DNA of 64,000 nt from an uncultured cyanobacterium (GTDB lineage: Bacteria > Cyanobacteriota > Cyanobacteriia > Cyanobacteriales > Nostocaceae): positions 3,872,001-3,936,000 of the forward strand of contig CAVUDP010000002.1 in NCBI GenBank assembly GCA_963740315.1, in the 5' to 3' direction. Made by a program: the position numbers and the translations under genes. The notes under the pieces are model-generated. The model made no database searches, had not been told where the DNA came from, and saw only the letters and a list, made by a program, of their open reading frames with translations. Shown here one piece after another: positions 39,952-50,265 of the stretch (position 1 is its first letter; every line of letters starts with the position of its first letter).

Positions 39952-40944
39952 CCCTATCTAAATTTACGCCGTGCTGTACTAGTGTCCCAATTTGGTTTGC
40001 TGCCAAGTAATCAATAACTAAACGACTTGCTTTATGAAGATAATCATCAATCTTGAAGTTTCTTTTACTTGTGATTTTTTTTATAGTTGATGATGTTTTT
40101 TGTTTCCGAGGTAATAGAGATTGGACTCCAGAACGTTTTTTGTGGTAATAAGCATTGATTTTCTTTAATGGTCTACCATTAACTAAAAGAGGTTGAAAGC
40201 CTTTTACGTTAGATGTTACAGCTGCTAAGTTGTTTAAGCCAATATCAATTCCAGCTACCGAGTCGGTTGAATTGTTTGTTGAAATTTCTTGTTTAGCATA
40301 GATAATTTCAAATACGAAATGGTCAGATTTAGGAACTAATCTTACTTGAGAAATATGATTAACTTTCGTCTTGATTAATAAGCTAGTTTTAGATGGATTA
40401 ATAATTAATTTTTTCAGATATTTTTTGCTAATTGCTTGAACCGTATAGGTACAAGGAAAACGCCCAAAAGTCTTATGAAGATATTTCGGTATACCTGGCG
40501 GACTAAAAAATTTTTTTGGATTTTCTCTATATGACTGTATTGAACTAAAAAACCCTTGCCATGCTTCATGTAATCTGATTAAAACCTGTTGCGATACTTT
40601 GGCTGGTAATGCTTTATAATCAACTGTATCCTGACAGAGTTTTTGAATTACATTGTATGATAAATATTTTTTCTCGAAAATAAAGCTTTGTCTAATTAAA
40701 TAGTTGGCATAATTATAAAGATTCTTAGCTTTGAAGCACAAATTGTCTATTTCTTTAAAATAGATATGATTTTTACTAATTATGTGCCTTTCTACTAGAA
40801 GCATTTATCAGTTGGGTATATTTTTCCTAAAAGAATAATACCATTGTTCACTTTACTCTACAATCTCAGTAATATATGTTAATATTCGTAATTATTTGCA
40901 CATATTTACGGCAAACTGTTACGATACCAGATTTAATAAAAGCT

Positions 40945-41982
40945 TTACTTACTATAAACTTCCGGAGCAATAATTTTAGCTTCCTTATCGCTAAGGTAAA
41001 ATTTTGTCACTGGCACCCCTGACTCTTCACATCGCAACGGTTCAATAATTTTCAAGTAAGGATTCCAAACTGCAATTACTCCCCGTTTTGCTTTTTTTCT
41101 AATCAGTTCGCATTCGATATGAACTGTTTGCAATAAAATCACTAAAGTACTATGTAATTGCGCTGTGACGCTCAAGGAATATCGCTCGTGCAAATCAGTT
41201 AATTTTCGCTTCAATTCCAGTTGAGTTGCTTGAATCCGAGCTAATTCTTTATCCTTTGCTTCTCCTTCTAAACTCTTCTTCTTAATTTTGGCTCTAATCT
41301 CAGAAACAATTGTGTTGTAATAACTTTTAATTCTTTCTTCGTCTCTACCTAATTTACGCGACAAGCTTTTACGCCAAGGTGTAATTTCTGTATCAATTAA
41401 TTTCGATGCATGGGAGTTAGCAGTATTTAATAATGGTTCAAAGTTAATATGCTCCAGATTTGATGCATCTTTCAAACATATTTGGTCAGATTTCCATGAC
41501 AGTGCATCACCAATTTCTACGCCGGGAATACCCGTCAGACCATTAACAAAAAACGATATCATTCCCAACCGCTTTTCGTCTGCACTCGCGGTATAGGATA
41601 TATTAAATAATATGTAGGGAGTTCGCGCTTCAAAAGATTTACCGACGCGAATTAAACCATTCTGTGGACATAAAAAATCGCTAATTTTCTTCTCAAAGCC
41701 TGTAGTTTTAAGATAGCCATCATACTTAATAGCTAATGCGGCTGCATAACCTTGAAAATCAAGTAACCCAGAAAATTTATCAAATATTTCTGAATTATAG
41801 GTAACAAAATAGCTGTCGTTTACATCTGCTCTGGTGCTAAAACTAATAGAATCAGATACATCTAAAGAGCTAGCAATATCTACTGGCAGCAATGCTTCTA
41901 AAGTATCATCATTCGTATATTCTGCAACCCCAGATTTTAAACTAATTACTTGGTTGATAGCATCAAGAAGTTGATTTTTCAT
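40945..41982 (-). CDS. Partner protein of SNF2 helicase (YqhG-like)
   Basis: Overlaps the helicase stop; C-terminal coiled coil RIKSYY..L..RY. Confidence 0.55.
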   Translation of the reverse strand: MKNQLLDAINQVISLKSGVAEYTNDDTLEALLPVDIASSLDVSDSISFSTRADVNDSYFVTYNSEIFDKFSGLLDFQGYAAALAIKYDGYLKTTGFEKKISDFLCPQNGLIRVGKSFEARTPYILFNISYTASADEKRLGMISFFVNGLTGIPGVEIGDALSWKSDQICLKDASNLEHINFEPLLNTANSHASKLIDTEITPWRKSLSRKLGRDEERIKSYYNTIVSEIRAKIKKKSLEGEAKDKELARIQATQLELKRKLTDLHERYSLSVTAQLHSTLVILLQTVHIECELIRKKAKRGVIAVWNPYLKIIEPLRCEESGVPVTKFYLSDKEAKIIAPEVYSK

Positions 41983-43688
41983 GCCTCTAAATCATCTCCA
42001 AATAAGTTTTCATCAAACTCTTGTACTTTTTGATAACTATGTTTAGCATCTAATAACTGTCCTCCAAAAGAATCAAAAGCATTATCTAATTCATCTTTAT
42101 GGGAATTTGCCAACCACAGGTCAATTACCATGTCTTCAAAATCAAATTCATCCCCCATATTCCCCAATATTGTTTCAATTTCTCCAACTACCAACTCAAA
42201 CATATTTATTTTGTCATGCAGAACTTTGAGGATATATTCTTCAATACTATTAGCAATGCAAAAATTAAATATAAAAACATCTTGAGTTTGACCTATACGA
42301 TGCAAACGACCAATACGTTGTTCAATCTTCATTGGATTCCAAGGTAAATCATAATTAACAATTGCATTAGCAAATTGTAGATTGCGTCCTTCTCCTCCTG
42401 TTTCTGTTGCTAACATCACAGGAACTTGTTCTCGGAAGTCTTCAATGGCGCTATCTTTGGCTTTGAGAGACATATCCCCGCGAAACTGACTATGTTTTAT
42501 TCCAGCAGTTGTTAAACTTTCGGATAAATAAGTTTGGGTAGCAAGATTATTGACAAATACTAACGTTTTTTGATTAGATTTTTTGAGCAAGTCTACTAAC
42601 ATCCGAGTTTTTTCAAACTGTTTGATATTACTAGCACGCTTTTTGAGAAACAAGATTTGAGAATTATTAAAACGAGACTGCAATCCTTCCAGAGAAGTAA
42701 GCAAAGCTGCGGGGCTGGAACCAGCACGCATCAGTAGGTTATTTCTGGTTAGTTTATCAATTGTTTTTTCTTCTAGTGATGAACGCAAGTATTCATTGAT
42801 AGCTTGATATAATTCTTTCTCCTCTTCTGTTGGCTGCACCGTAATAGTGGAAGCGAAGCGTTTGGGAAGTTTTACGTCTACAACCGAACGGGTGTTTCTA
42901 ATCATTACTTCCCGCATTAAATTCCTTAATCTGTCGGAATTTTTGGGAGTTCTACCATCCTTTGAACCGACATATTCCTTTTTAAACTGAACTTCTGTTT
43001 TTAACAATCCCGGTTTGAGTAGAGTCAGAAGATTAAACAGTTCCACCAAATTATTTTGCACGGGAGTCGCTGTCAGCATCAAAATAAATCGCTTTTTGAT
43101 TGCATCAACAAGCTTCCAATTAAGAGTACGGCGATTTTTTAGGTGGTGAGCTTCATCCACTACTACCATATCCCAGGAACGAGAAGTGACATAATCAAAG
43201 TGAGTGGAGTGTTTGGCAGTATTGATAGAAGCAACAATATGATTGTGACTTGTCCAAAACTCAGATGGTGGCAGTTGTCTCGAATCAGTAGTAACAGTAG
43301 TAATGTTAAACTTTTGAAGCAGTTCTTGTTGCCATTGAGAAACTAAGGTAGCAGGAGTAAGAATTAAAAGGGATTTGATTTGATTTCTACTAAGGTATTC
43401 TTTACAAATCATTCCAGCTTCAATAGTTTTTCCCAATCCAACTTCATCGGACAACATCGCTCTACCACCAAATTGTTTGATAACTTTCTTGGCAGTTTCA
43501 ATTTGGTACCAGTGTTTGTCAATATTGTAAAGTTCCGGCAGACATACTAATTGGTCGTAGTCAGCCAATATTGATAAATTGAATAGGGATAGTCTAGCTT
43601 CATAGCTTTCTAAGGAAGTAAATTGGCGGTTTTTGAGAGCATAGGCAGCTTGTGAATCTTCAAATTTGAGCGAATAACTATCGTTCAT
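41979..43688 (-). CDS. SNF2-family helicase (YqhH-like)
   Basis: SDEVGLGKT, DEAH, LTATPVQN, GGEGRNLQ and WNPMKIEQRIGRLHRIGQ. Confidence 0.9.
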   Translation of the reverse strand: MNDSYSLKFEDSQAAYALKNRQFTSLESYEARLSLFNLSILADYDQLVCLPELYNIDKHWYQIETAKKVIKQFGGRAMLSDEVGLGKTIEAGMICKEYLSRNQIKSLLILTPATLVSQWQQELLQKFNITTVTTDSRQLPPSEFWTSHNHIVASINTAKHSTHFDYVTSRSWDMVVVDEAHHLKNRRTLNWKLVDAIKKRFILMLTATPVQNNLVELFNLLTLLKPGLLKTEVQFKKEYVGSKDGRTPKNSDRLRNLMREVMIRNTRSVVDVKLPKRFASTITVQPTEEEKELYQAINEYLRSSLEEKTIDKLTRNNLLMRAGSSPAALLTSLEGLQSRFNNSQILFLKKRASNIKQFEKTRMLVDLLKKSNQKTLVFVNNLATQTYLSESLTTAGIKHSQFRGDMSLKAKDSAIEDFREQVPVMLATETGGEGRNLQFANAIVNYDLPWNPMKIEQRIGRLHRIGQTQDVFIFNFCIANSIEEYILKVLHDKINMFELVVGEIETILGNMGDEFDFEDMVIDLWLANSHKDELDNAFDSFGGQLLDAKHSYQKVQEFDENLFGDDLEA

Positions 43689-43926
43689 TTGAAATTTAAA
43701 ATGGTACTGATATTAATTTTGGCAAAAAAATTGGATTACGATTACTTTTGATACAACTCTTTAGCTTAACCAAACGCCAAAAAGCGATATAAAATTTTTC
43801 TTCGCTGTTTGAGAATCTAGATTAACTTTTGCTGGAAGAATAAAACTAAGAGCAAGTTAGAGCGTTTCGGAAACGGTAAAATTTTAGCAAACAAGCACTA
43901 TCCAGAGATATCTACTGTTAAAAGCA

Positions 43927-44439
43927 ATGCTGGAATTAACTAAAATTCAAACAATAGCCGAATCATATTCTCCTCAAGAACTATTTGCAGCGTTGGTTTG
44001 GCAACGTAAATTCAATGATTTTGATGGGGAGCAAGTTATTACTGACTTATTACAACATAATAATTTATGGGAAAGCTTTTTATTTACAAAACCGATATTT
44101 GCTCCAGATGAAAATGGTTTGAGTTTTGGTGGTGTAATTGATACTCTTGCTGCAATGGCTAATTATCGTCCGATGCCAGAAACAAGTTTCATCCATTTTG
44201 TTGCCTATCCCGCAGATACCTTATATGTTCTCACAGAAAATCAAGACACCAAAGTGTGTCAACTTGTAGACTTAGGTAAAAAGTGGCAAGCTGATTCGGT
44301 AGAAGTAACTGATGGTACTGATACGCAATATACTTATCGACTTAAACGTATGCTGAGATATCGATTTGAAGAAGCGCTATGGGGAAATGAGAAAAAGGAA
44401 CAGCGGGATGCGGTTGTTGTTTCTTATTGGTGGGATTAA
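43927..44439 (+). CDS. Hypothetical protein
   Basis: 170-aa ORF ending in YWWD. Confidence 0.65.
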   Translation: MLELTKIQTIAESYSPQELFAALVWQRKFNDFDGEQVITDLLQHNNLWESFLFTKPIFAPDENGLSFGGVIDTLAAMANYRPMPETSFIHFVAYPADTLYVLTENQDTKVCQLVDLGKKWQADSVEVTDGTDTQYTYRLKRMLRYRFEEALWGNEKKEQRDAVVVSYWWD

Positions 44440-44480
44440 ATTCAAAAAGACTGTGAATGTAGAAAACTGAGAAGCGATTC

Positions 44481-44639
44481 ATTGAGAGTCTTTCTAGTAG
44501 AGTACAAATAATATCTAATCAAGCAATATTTGTTTACAATTACGGAGATTTTCGTGGTAATCCCCAAGAAATTTTAGATAAATGCTTCGATATGATGCTG
44601 TACATGGCTAATTGGGGTTCTCGTCAATTGATGTATTGA
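44481..44639 (+). pseudogene. Fragment of a conserved bacterial hypothetical gene
   Basis: Start-less frame LSSRVQI..YNYGDFRGNP..FDMMLYMANWGSRQLM that I recognise as part of a longer protein family. Confidence 0.45.
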
Positions 44640-44711
44640 TATCGCGTTTAAAGAAAGCGGGGTTTTTAAAGAAGTAGAAATATTTACACGCTTATTATTT
44701 GATTTTGATAT

Positions 44712-45125
44712 TTATGGATACTGTCCTTGATTAATCAATACTTGTCGTTGAAGTAGGCGATTAGCAACATTGAACTTAAGTAGTCTTGCAGTTGCTTGAC
44801 CAATTTGAGTTTTCCCTTCAATATTCGCATTTTTAATATAAAAATGTTCATCCCATATTTGACGACGCGGATTAAATAAGGGAATAATTTCTTTAGTCGT
44901 TTGATCTAATGTTGCGAAATCAGAACCTTTATGGCGATTACAAGATAAACATGAAAGTGCCAAATTATCTAAAGTGGTTTCCCCGCCATGCTTTATTGCA
45001 ATAATATGATCTACCTCATGTGTATAAATAGAAAAATCTTGAAGAAGCAAACAATATTCGCATCGTTTGTTCGCCCTTTCTTGAACAAGTTTACGTAATT
45101 TCGTAGAAATATAATCAGAAGTCAT
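44712..45125 (-). CDS. HNH endonuclease
   Basis: CEYC, HEVDHI, NLALSCLSCNRHKG and LFNPRxQxW. Confidence 0.9.
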   Translation of the reverse strand: MTSDYISTKLRKLVQERANKRCEYCLLLQDFSIYTHEVDHIIAIKHGGETTLDNLALSCLSCNRHKGSDFATLDQTTKEIIPLFNPRRQIWDEHFYIKNANIEGKTQIGQATARLLKFNVANRLLQRQVLINQGQYP

Positions 45126-45127
45126 GT

Positions 45128-45508
45128 TTACTCGTTGCGTTTGAAAGCTCTTGCTTTTAATAAAATCATCATATGTTCTAACTGTTCGTAAACATCTAGT
45201 TCAGCTAATTCCATTGAATTAAGTGTAGCGGAGCGATTTCTTGACAATAATTCTTCTAATCTCGACTGAGCTTGAGGTGAAACTTTAAAAGCAATTATTT
45301 CTTCTGGTGTTGGGCGCTTAATTAAAAAATCAAGAACTTCTTGATAAACTAAAGGAATATCTGTAGGCTCAGTTTGAACTGTCTTACTTATGTTTGTCGG
45401 TAAATTTGCAAAATCTAACAATTGCCATAGCAATTCGGGTAAACGATTTTGCAAAGGTTCTAGACGCTGAGCTAGTTCATCGGAAACTTGAATTGTTAAT
45501 TCTGCCAT
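45128..45508 (-). CDS. Putative antitoxin/regulator upstream of HNH
   Basis: RHH-like N-terminus MAELTIQVSDELAQRL; C-terminal RLEELL.RN..EL. Confidence 0.6.
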   Translation of the reverse strand: MAELTIQVSDELAQRLEPLQNRLPELLWQLLDFANLPTNISKTVQTEPTDIPLVYQEVLDFLIKRPTPEEIIAFKVSPQAQSRLEELLSRNRSATLNSMELAELDVYEQLEHMMILLKARAFKRNE

Positions 45509-45738
45509 TGCCTGGGGTTTCGTCCTGTCAGCTTATCTTATATGCTAATTATAGCTTTAGCTTTTACATAGAGCGCATAAGAAAGTTAATCCCGCGTAGA
45601 AACTCCATCAAAGCGCGTTACGTTAAATTATTCTTCTATAATTCACTTTTTAATAAGATAAACTATTCTTAAGAAGAACAGATAGTTTTGGCAATGTTAG
45701 TATTAAAAGTAATAAAAACAAGCAACATCTAACAACCA

Positions 45739-46161
45739 ATGGCAACGCAAAAAGTCACGGTTGAACTCCCACAAGCTATTTTTCAGCAATTGGCTCGTAT
45801 TGCTCAAGCAACTCAGCAACCTTTGGAAACTTTGGTAGCTCAAAGCATCGTCAGCAACTTACCCCCCACACCCGACAATGCACCAGTAGAAATTCAAGAA
45901 GAACTTCTACAAATGCAAATTTGGAATGATGAGGAATTATTGGCGATCGCCAACAGTCAAATCACCTCGGAGCAGCAAAAACGCCACGTAGAATTATTAG
46001 AGAAAAATAGCGGTAACGAAGAGCTAAACAAGAGCGAACGTCAAGAACTTAGTGATTTAAGAACAAAAGCTGACCGTTTAATGTTACAAAAAGCTTATGC
46101 TTGGTCAGTTCTCCGGTGGCGAGGACACAAATTACCAAATTTGAATGAAATGCCACTCTAA
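45739..46161 (+). CDS. Putative antitoxin/regulator upstream of HNH
   Basis: RHH-like VTVELPQAIFQQL; RHVELLEKN..KAYAWSVLRWRG. Confidence 0.6.
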   Translation: MATQKVTVELPQAIFQQLARIAQATQQPLETLVAQSIVSNLPPTPDNAPVEIQEELLQMQIWNDEELLAIANSQITSEQQKRHVELLEKNSGNEELNKSERQELSDLRTKADRLMLQKAYAWSVLRWRGHKLPNLNEMPL

Positions 46162-46582
46162 CTCATGGCTATTTCCGAAAAAATTCGTTCGCTCAGTCAT
46201 AACTCGGGCTAATTATAGGTGTGAGTATTGCCAAACTAACTCTCGATTAATTGGAATGCCATTAGTTATGGAACATATTTTGCCTAAAGCTGCTGGTGGT
46301 GGAGATGAATCCGAGAATTTGGCAGCTTCTTGTTATAGATGTAACGAATTTAAAGGCGCAAAAACCCATGCAATTGACCCGCAAACGAGCCAGTTAGCTG
46401 CATTGTTTAATCCAAGAAAACAATCATGGCAAGAACATTTTAATTGGGTGAATGGTGCAACCCATATTGCTGGTATAACACCTACAGGCAGAGCAACCGT
46501 AATTGCCTTGCGATTAAATAATGATTATTTGACTGAGGCAAGAGCGTTATGGATTGAGAGCAATTGGCATCCGCCATCATAA
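46145..46582 (+). CDS. HNH endonuclease, probably with a frameshift near the N-terminus
   Basis: CEYC, EHI, CYRCNEFKG and LFNPR; out-of-frame ATG at 46165 gives MAISEKIRSL, which aligns with the paralog's ISTKLRKLV. Confidence 0.8.
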   Translation: MKCHSNSWLFPKKFVRSVITRANYRCEYCQTNSRLIGMPLVMEHILPKAAGGGDESENLAASCYRCNEFKGAKTHAIDPQTSQLAALFNPRKQSWQEHFNWVNGATHIAGITPTGRATVIALRLNNDYLTEARALWIESNWHPPS

Positions 46583-46599
46583 ACGTTTGTTTTTATAAA

Positions 46600-46996
46600 T
46601 TATTTACTCTTCAAAATTAAAGCATTAATTTTTTCATTATCAATATTTATTCCATTACGTTCTAAGTATGGACGTAAATTAATTTGAATAAACAAATCTT
46701 TTAATTCTTCAGCAATTTCTTCAGGAGGATTTCCTGATAAAGCTGTTGCTATTAAACGTTCTGCTGCTTTGAATTCTCCACAATCTACCGCCAGAGTTGC
46801 CGCGCTGCGATGTAAAATTGAACGGCTCGGTTCTGCATCTAATTGATGAGCAATTAATTCTGCGGCTGCCTGCTCGTTTTCAAATGCTTCTCGAATCAGT
46901 TGCGAGGCTTGTTCTAAGTTACCTGTTCCGTTTAGCAGTAAAAGCTGCTTCCGCCAAATCCATTGCTGTGGTATGTTTTTCTTGAATTTGACTCAT
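46600..46996 (-). pseudogene. Frameshifted conserved hypothetical gene
   Basis: MSQIQEKHTTAMDLAEAAF.. stops at ~46920; an alternative frame continues ..EPSRSILHRSAATLAVDCGE..PPEEIAEELKDL to a stop at 46600. Confidence 0.65.
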
Positions 46997-47088
46997 TTTA
47001 TTTCTAGATAAGATAAAGGTGTGCTTTCCATGTTCTGAGCCAAACTTAGCCGTTCTCAAATCAGGAAAGCGAGTTTTTTATTGTATTT

Positions 47089-47898
47089 TTATGTGTTTTC
47101 TCTATCTAAATATGCTTGTAAATCGGTGATATTAGAAAGACTAAAGAAGACCTTAACTAAAGCTTCTAATTTTTCTGCGGATAAATTTTCAATCTGTTGC
47201 ATTAATGACGAATCAATTTCACCAAAACGACCATTAATCATAAGCCTGACTAATTTAAATGCTTCTTTCTGTACAATATCTTGGTAAATAACTGACTGCC
47301 TCATAATATCCTCCGGTAAAAATTGACGAATTAAGTCTTTATCAAATCGTAAACCAGCTAAAATCCCTAAACACCCAGTTATGTTTTGCTGTTCTCTTAT
47401 ATCTGAAATTGTAGCTACTGTTTGGGCAACTTGGTTTAGTAATGCTGTGGGTGAATCAGTTTTTGTTAAAGGTGCTAGGGGTAAAAGTCCACGATTATTG
47501 AGAAATAAAGCCGAATCCTGCTCCCATAGACGAATTACACGATAACGGTGGATTGTTGTTTCGTCACGATATTCTTCAGTAAATGCAATTTCGTTGGTAG
47601 TTTCCTGCAAAAATATTACTACTTGTGTAACAGGACATTTGTATTTCCGTTTTAACCTGAAGGAATAGTCCCCCATCCTAAAGGGAATCGGAGGTTTTGA
47701 AGTAGGTTCGGTCTGAAATTCGATATGCAAAATCCGATTTTTTGTTTGTAGAAAAGTAACAGAATCAGCACGAATTGGTTCTAAAAAAAGCTCCGTTTTA
47801 AGTACGTTAATATCTTCTGTTTCCATTCCCAGCAACCAACGCACAAAGTCTGTTGGATATTCTTCAGCCAAAAACTTGCAGGTATTGTCATAACTCAT
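47089..47898 (-). CDS. Rpn-family (YhgA-like) nuclease/putative transposase with DUF4351-like C-terminus
   Basis: YDNTCKFLAE, IRADS, LHIEFQT, YRVIRLWE and RFGEI..LSAEKLEAL. Confidence 0.8.
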   Translation of the reverse strand: MSYDNTCKFLAEEYPTDFVRWLLGMETEDINVLKTELFLEPIRADSVTFLQTKNRILHIEFQTEPTSKPPIPFRMGDYSFRLKRKYKCPVTQVVIFLQETTNEIAFTEEYRDETTIHRYRVIRLWEQDSALFLNNRGLLPLAPLTKTDSPTALLNQVAQTVATISDIREQQNITGCLGILAGLRFDKDLIRQFLPEDIMRQSVIYQDIVQKEAFKLVRLMINGRFGEIDSSLMQQIENLSAEKLEALVKVFFSLSNITDLQAYLDRENT

Positions 47899-48271
47899 GA
47901 GATTAGTTGATATTTTTGAGTATCTACTTATTAAAAAGCATCTAGTATTTTCAACTAATATCATGGTTTCAGTACCTTTAATGGATTCGGCTACAAAGAA
48001 ATAATCCTCAAATCAAACTCTAATTTTGGGTTTGCAATAAATTAGTACTTACTGTCAGTACAAAAAATAATAAGTGACTATATTTACTTAACTAAAGTAG
48101 TTAGCCTAATTTGAAGCAGTAAAAAATTCTAAGTAATTTTTGCAAAAAGCCTTTTATAAAAGGAACATAAGTTTCAAACGCATCGATGAACTCACTAGAT
48201 ACTAAATGGTGTAAAGATGGTGTAAAACATATTTTAGAAGCTAAAACGTATATATAGTAAGGTTATTACTC

Positions 48272-48316
48272 GGACTGAAAATCCTCGTGTCACGAGTTCA
48301 AGTCTCGTTCCTGGCA
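48272..48316 (+). other. att core: 3' fragment of tRNA-Phe(GAA), not an intact tRNA
   Basis: GGACTGAAAATCC anticodon arm, GTTCAAGTC T-loop and CCTGGCA acceptor 3' strand; no 5' acceptor strand or D-arm upstream. Confidence 0.9.
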
Positions 48317-48325
48317 TACAATAGC

Positions 48326-48360
48326 AAACCCCTAGCAGCTAACGCTTCTGGGGGTTTTTT
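48326..48360 (+). terminator. Intrinsic terminator after the tRNA 3' end
   Basis: AAACCCCTAG..CTGGGGGTTTTTT hairpin with T-tail. Confidence 0.65.
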
Positions 48361-48569
48361 AATTCCCCAAAAACCCCGTTTCAGCGATTCGAGGGGTGTA
48401 AGTTGGGTGTAAATTTACCCCCACGTTGGACATTTTTAGACGGGTTTGGACAATTTATTGGGGTAAAGTTGGGGTAAATCAGAGCGCGCTGATTCCAAGT
48501 CCAGCAAGGCAATGGAGAAATAAGCTAGCAGTTTCTCTTTGTCATCGTTTGTAAGTTCAGGAGTCAATT

Positions 48570-49749
48570 GTGGGTTCCCAAAAATCTAGGACTAAAGCAA
48601 GTAAAGGTACTGTCCAAATCAAAACCTCAAATGAGCGTTTACAACTCGTTTTTAGTTTTGGGGGTAAACGTCATTATTTATCAACGGGTTTTACCGATAC
48701 TAAAGCCAATCGCAAGCTGGCGGAGATGAAGGCTAAACAAATTGAGTTGGATATACTCTGCAACAATTTTGATATCACTTTAGTTCGGTACAAGCCTCAA
48801 TCGCAGCAAGATATCTTTAAATCATCGGCTCCTGACGAGGAGACTTCCCCAGAAAGTTATGTTTCTTTAGCTGACTTGTGGGACAGCTATACCGAATATA
48901 AAAAGTCAAGTTTATCCCCCAGTACTTTGGCGAAGGATTACAAGAAAATTTATCGCTGTATTAACGTGCATCTCCCCGTGAAGACTCTGGATAAAGCTGT
49001 AGCGATTCGCGATTGGTTAATTGCAAATAGAAGCCCGTTATCTGCCAAAAAAATCCTTACTCAGTTTTGTGCTTGTTGTAATTGGGCTGTGAAGTCCCAA
49101 TTGATTGATGACAATCCGTTTGAAGGTATGGCGAGCGATATTAAGCTACCCAAGGGAGATTCTCAGGAAACGGATATCAATCCTTTCAGTTCTGAAGAGC
49201 GCGATCGCATTATCCAAGCATTCAAAGAAAATCGTTATTATGCCCATTACGCGCCACTAGTAGAATTTCTTTTCATCACGGGTTGCAGACCATCTGAAGC
49301 TGTAGGTTTGCAGTGGAAGCACATAAGTAAAGACTTTACCTACATTCGGTTTGAACAAGCTGTGGTGATTTCTGAATCAGGATTAACCTGTAAACCAGGT
49401 TTGAAGACGCAGAAGAAGCGAGTTTTTCCAATTAATAATCGCTTGGCTAGTTTTTTAAAATCAATTCAACCAGTTGAAAAGGTCTGGTGAAGCGAAAGTT
49501 TTTCCTTCACCAGAAGGTAAATGGGTAGACGTACAAAACCTGGGTAGACGAGCTTGGAAGGGTATTTTAGAAACACTTGAAGATGTAGAGTATCGGAAGC
49601 TTTACCAAACCCGACATACATTTATTACGATGGCTTTGAAGAATGGGGTAGATGTGAAAGATTTAGCCAAAATGGTAGGTAATTCACCAGAGATTATTTA
49701 TCGACATTATGCAGGGCAAAGTCGAGAGCTTTTCTTACCGGAGTTTTAG
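48570..49749 (+). pseudogene. Tyrosine integrase with arm-binding N-terminal domain, split by a frameshift at ~49480
   Basis: TGCRPSEA in ORF 48570-49490; YQTRHTF and VGNS..HY in ORF 49474-49749 (+1 frame). Confidence 0.85.
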
Positions 49750-49861
49750 AATTTTATAGTTTAGGCGATACTCACTTTCCAACCAACTATTACTGTATAT
49801 AGTAATTAGTGAGTGTCGCTTTTCTTTATCACTATAAACATAGTAAAAATAAAAAAAGATT

Positions 49862-50140
49862 ATGACTAAAGAAATAAAATTTCAACAAGGAAGTGGTAAT
49901 GTATTTTATGATTTAGGGTTTGCCAATCCAGATGAATTACTTTTTAAAGCAGAGTTAGTACGTAAAATTAGTGCAATAATCACCCAAAACAATCTAAATC
50001 AAGTAGAAGCATCAAAATTATTGGAAATTGAGCAATCAGATTTTTCTGCTTTAATAAAAGGTTATATATTGAGTTTTTCAATAGAAAGTCTTTTTAGTTA
50101 CTTAAATATTTTATTGTCGAGATATGACAATCTTAGTTAA
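49862..50140 (+). CDS. XRE-family HTH protein (antitoxin-like)
   Basis: GSGNVFxDLGF..KAEL..QxEAxxLLxIxQ..FS pattern. Confidence 0.8.
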   Translation: MTKEIKFQQGSGNVFYDLGFANPDELLFKAELVRKISAIITQNNLNQVEASKLLEIEQSDFSALIKGYILSFSIESLFSYLNILLSRYDNLS

Positions 50141-50265
50141 GAGTAAATAATCAAATTATTCGGATAAAAATTAAAGCTCATATAAATTAACAAACTATTA
50201 CATTCTCCACATTGATAAAGAAAGGTAGTAGAGTATCTGTTTCTTTTAAAGAACTTATAATCTCT

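Larger units (their letters stand above)
38690..39979 (+). mobile_element. IS630-family insertion sequence
   Basis: TIRs GTACAAAACGGCGTAAATT / AATTTACGCCGTGCTGTAC; inserted at CTAG with TA duplication. Confidence 0.9.
38310..40804 (-). pseudogene. tnpB: TnpB (IS200/IS605 family, no adjacent tnpA) interrupted by IS630
   Basis: N-part with GIDIGLNNL and DYLHKAS; C-part with ESYTSKCS and INADCNG; removing the IS restores IGTLVIGHNDKWKQ. Confidence 0.9.
48206..48478 (+). promoter_or_regulatory. Integrase arm-type binding repeats flanking the att core
   Basis: Direct pairs with 11-bp period: ATGGTGTAAA (48206, 48217), GGGTGTAA (48394, 48405), TTGGGGTAAA (48458, 48469). Confidence 0.7.

Noticed and set aside
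38310..40804. Cas12/type V CRISPR effector
   Set aside because: Reconstructed size (~400 aa) and motifs fit TnpB, and there is no array nearby
47471..47481. Extra copy of the GGTGCTAGGGG hairpin
   Set aside because: Only one arm, encoding the conserved LPLAP of the Rpn protein; likely coincidental
48245..48316. Intact tRNA-Phe gene
   Set aside because: No 5' acceptor strand complementary to CCTGGC and no D-arm upstream of 48272
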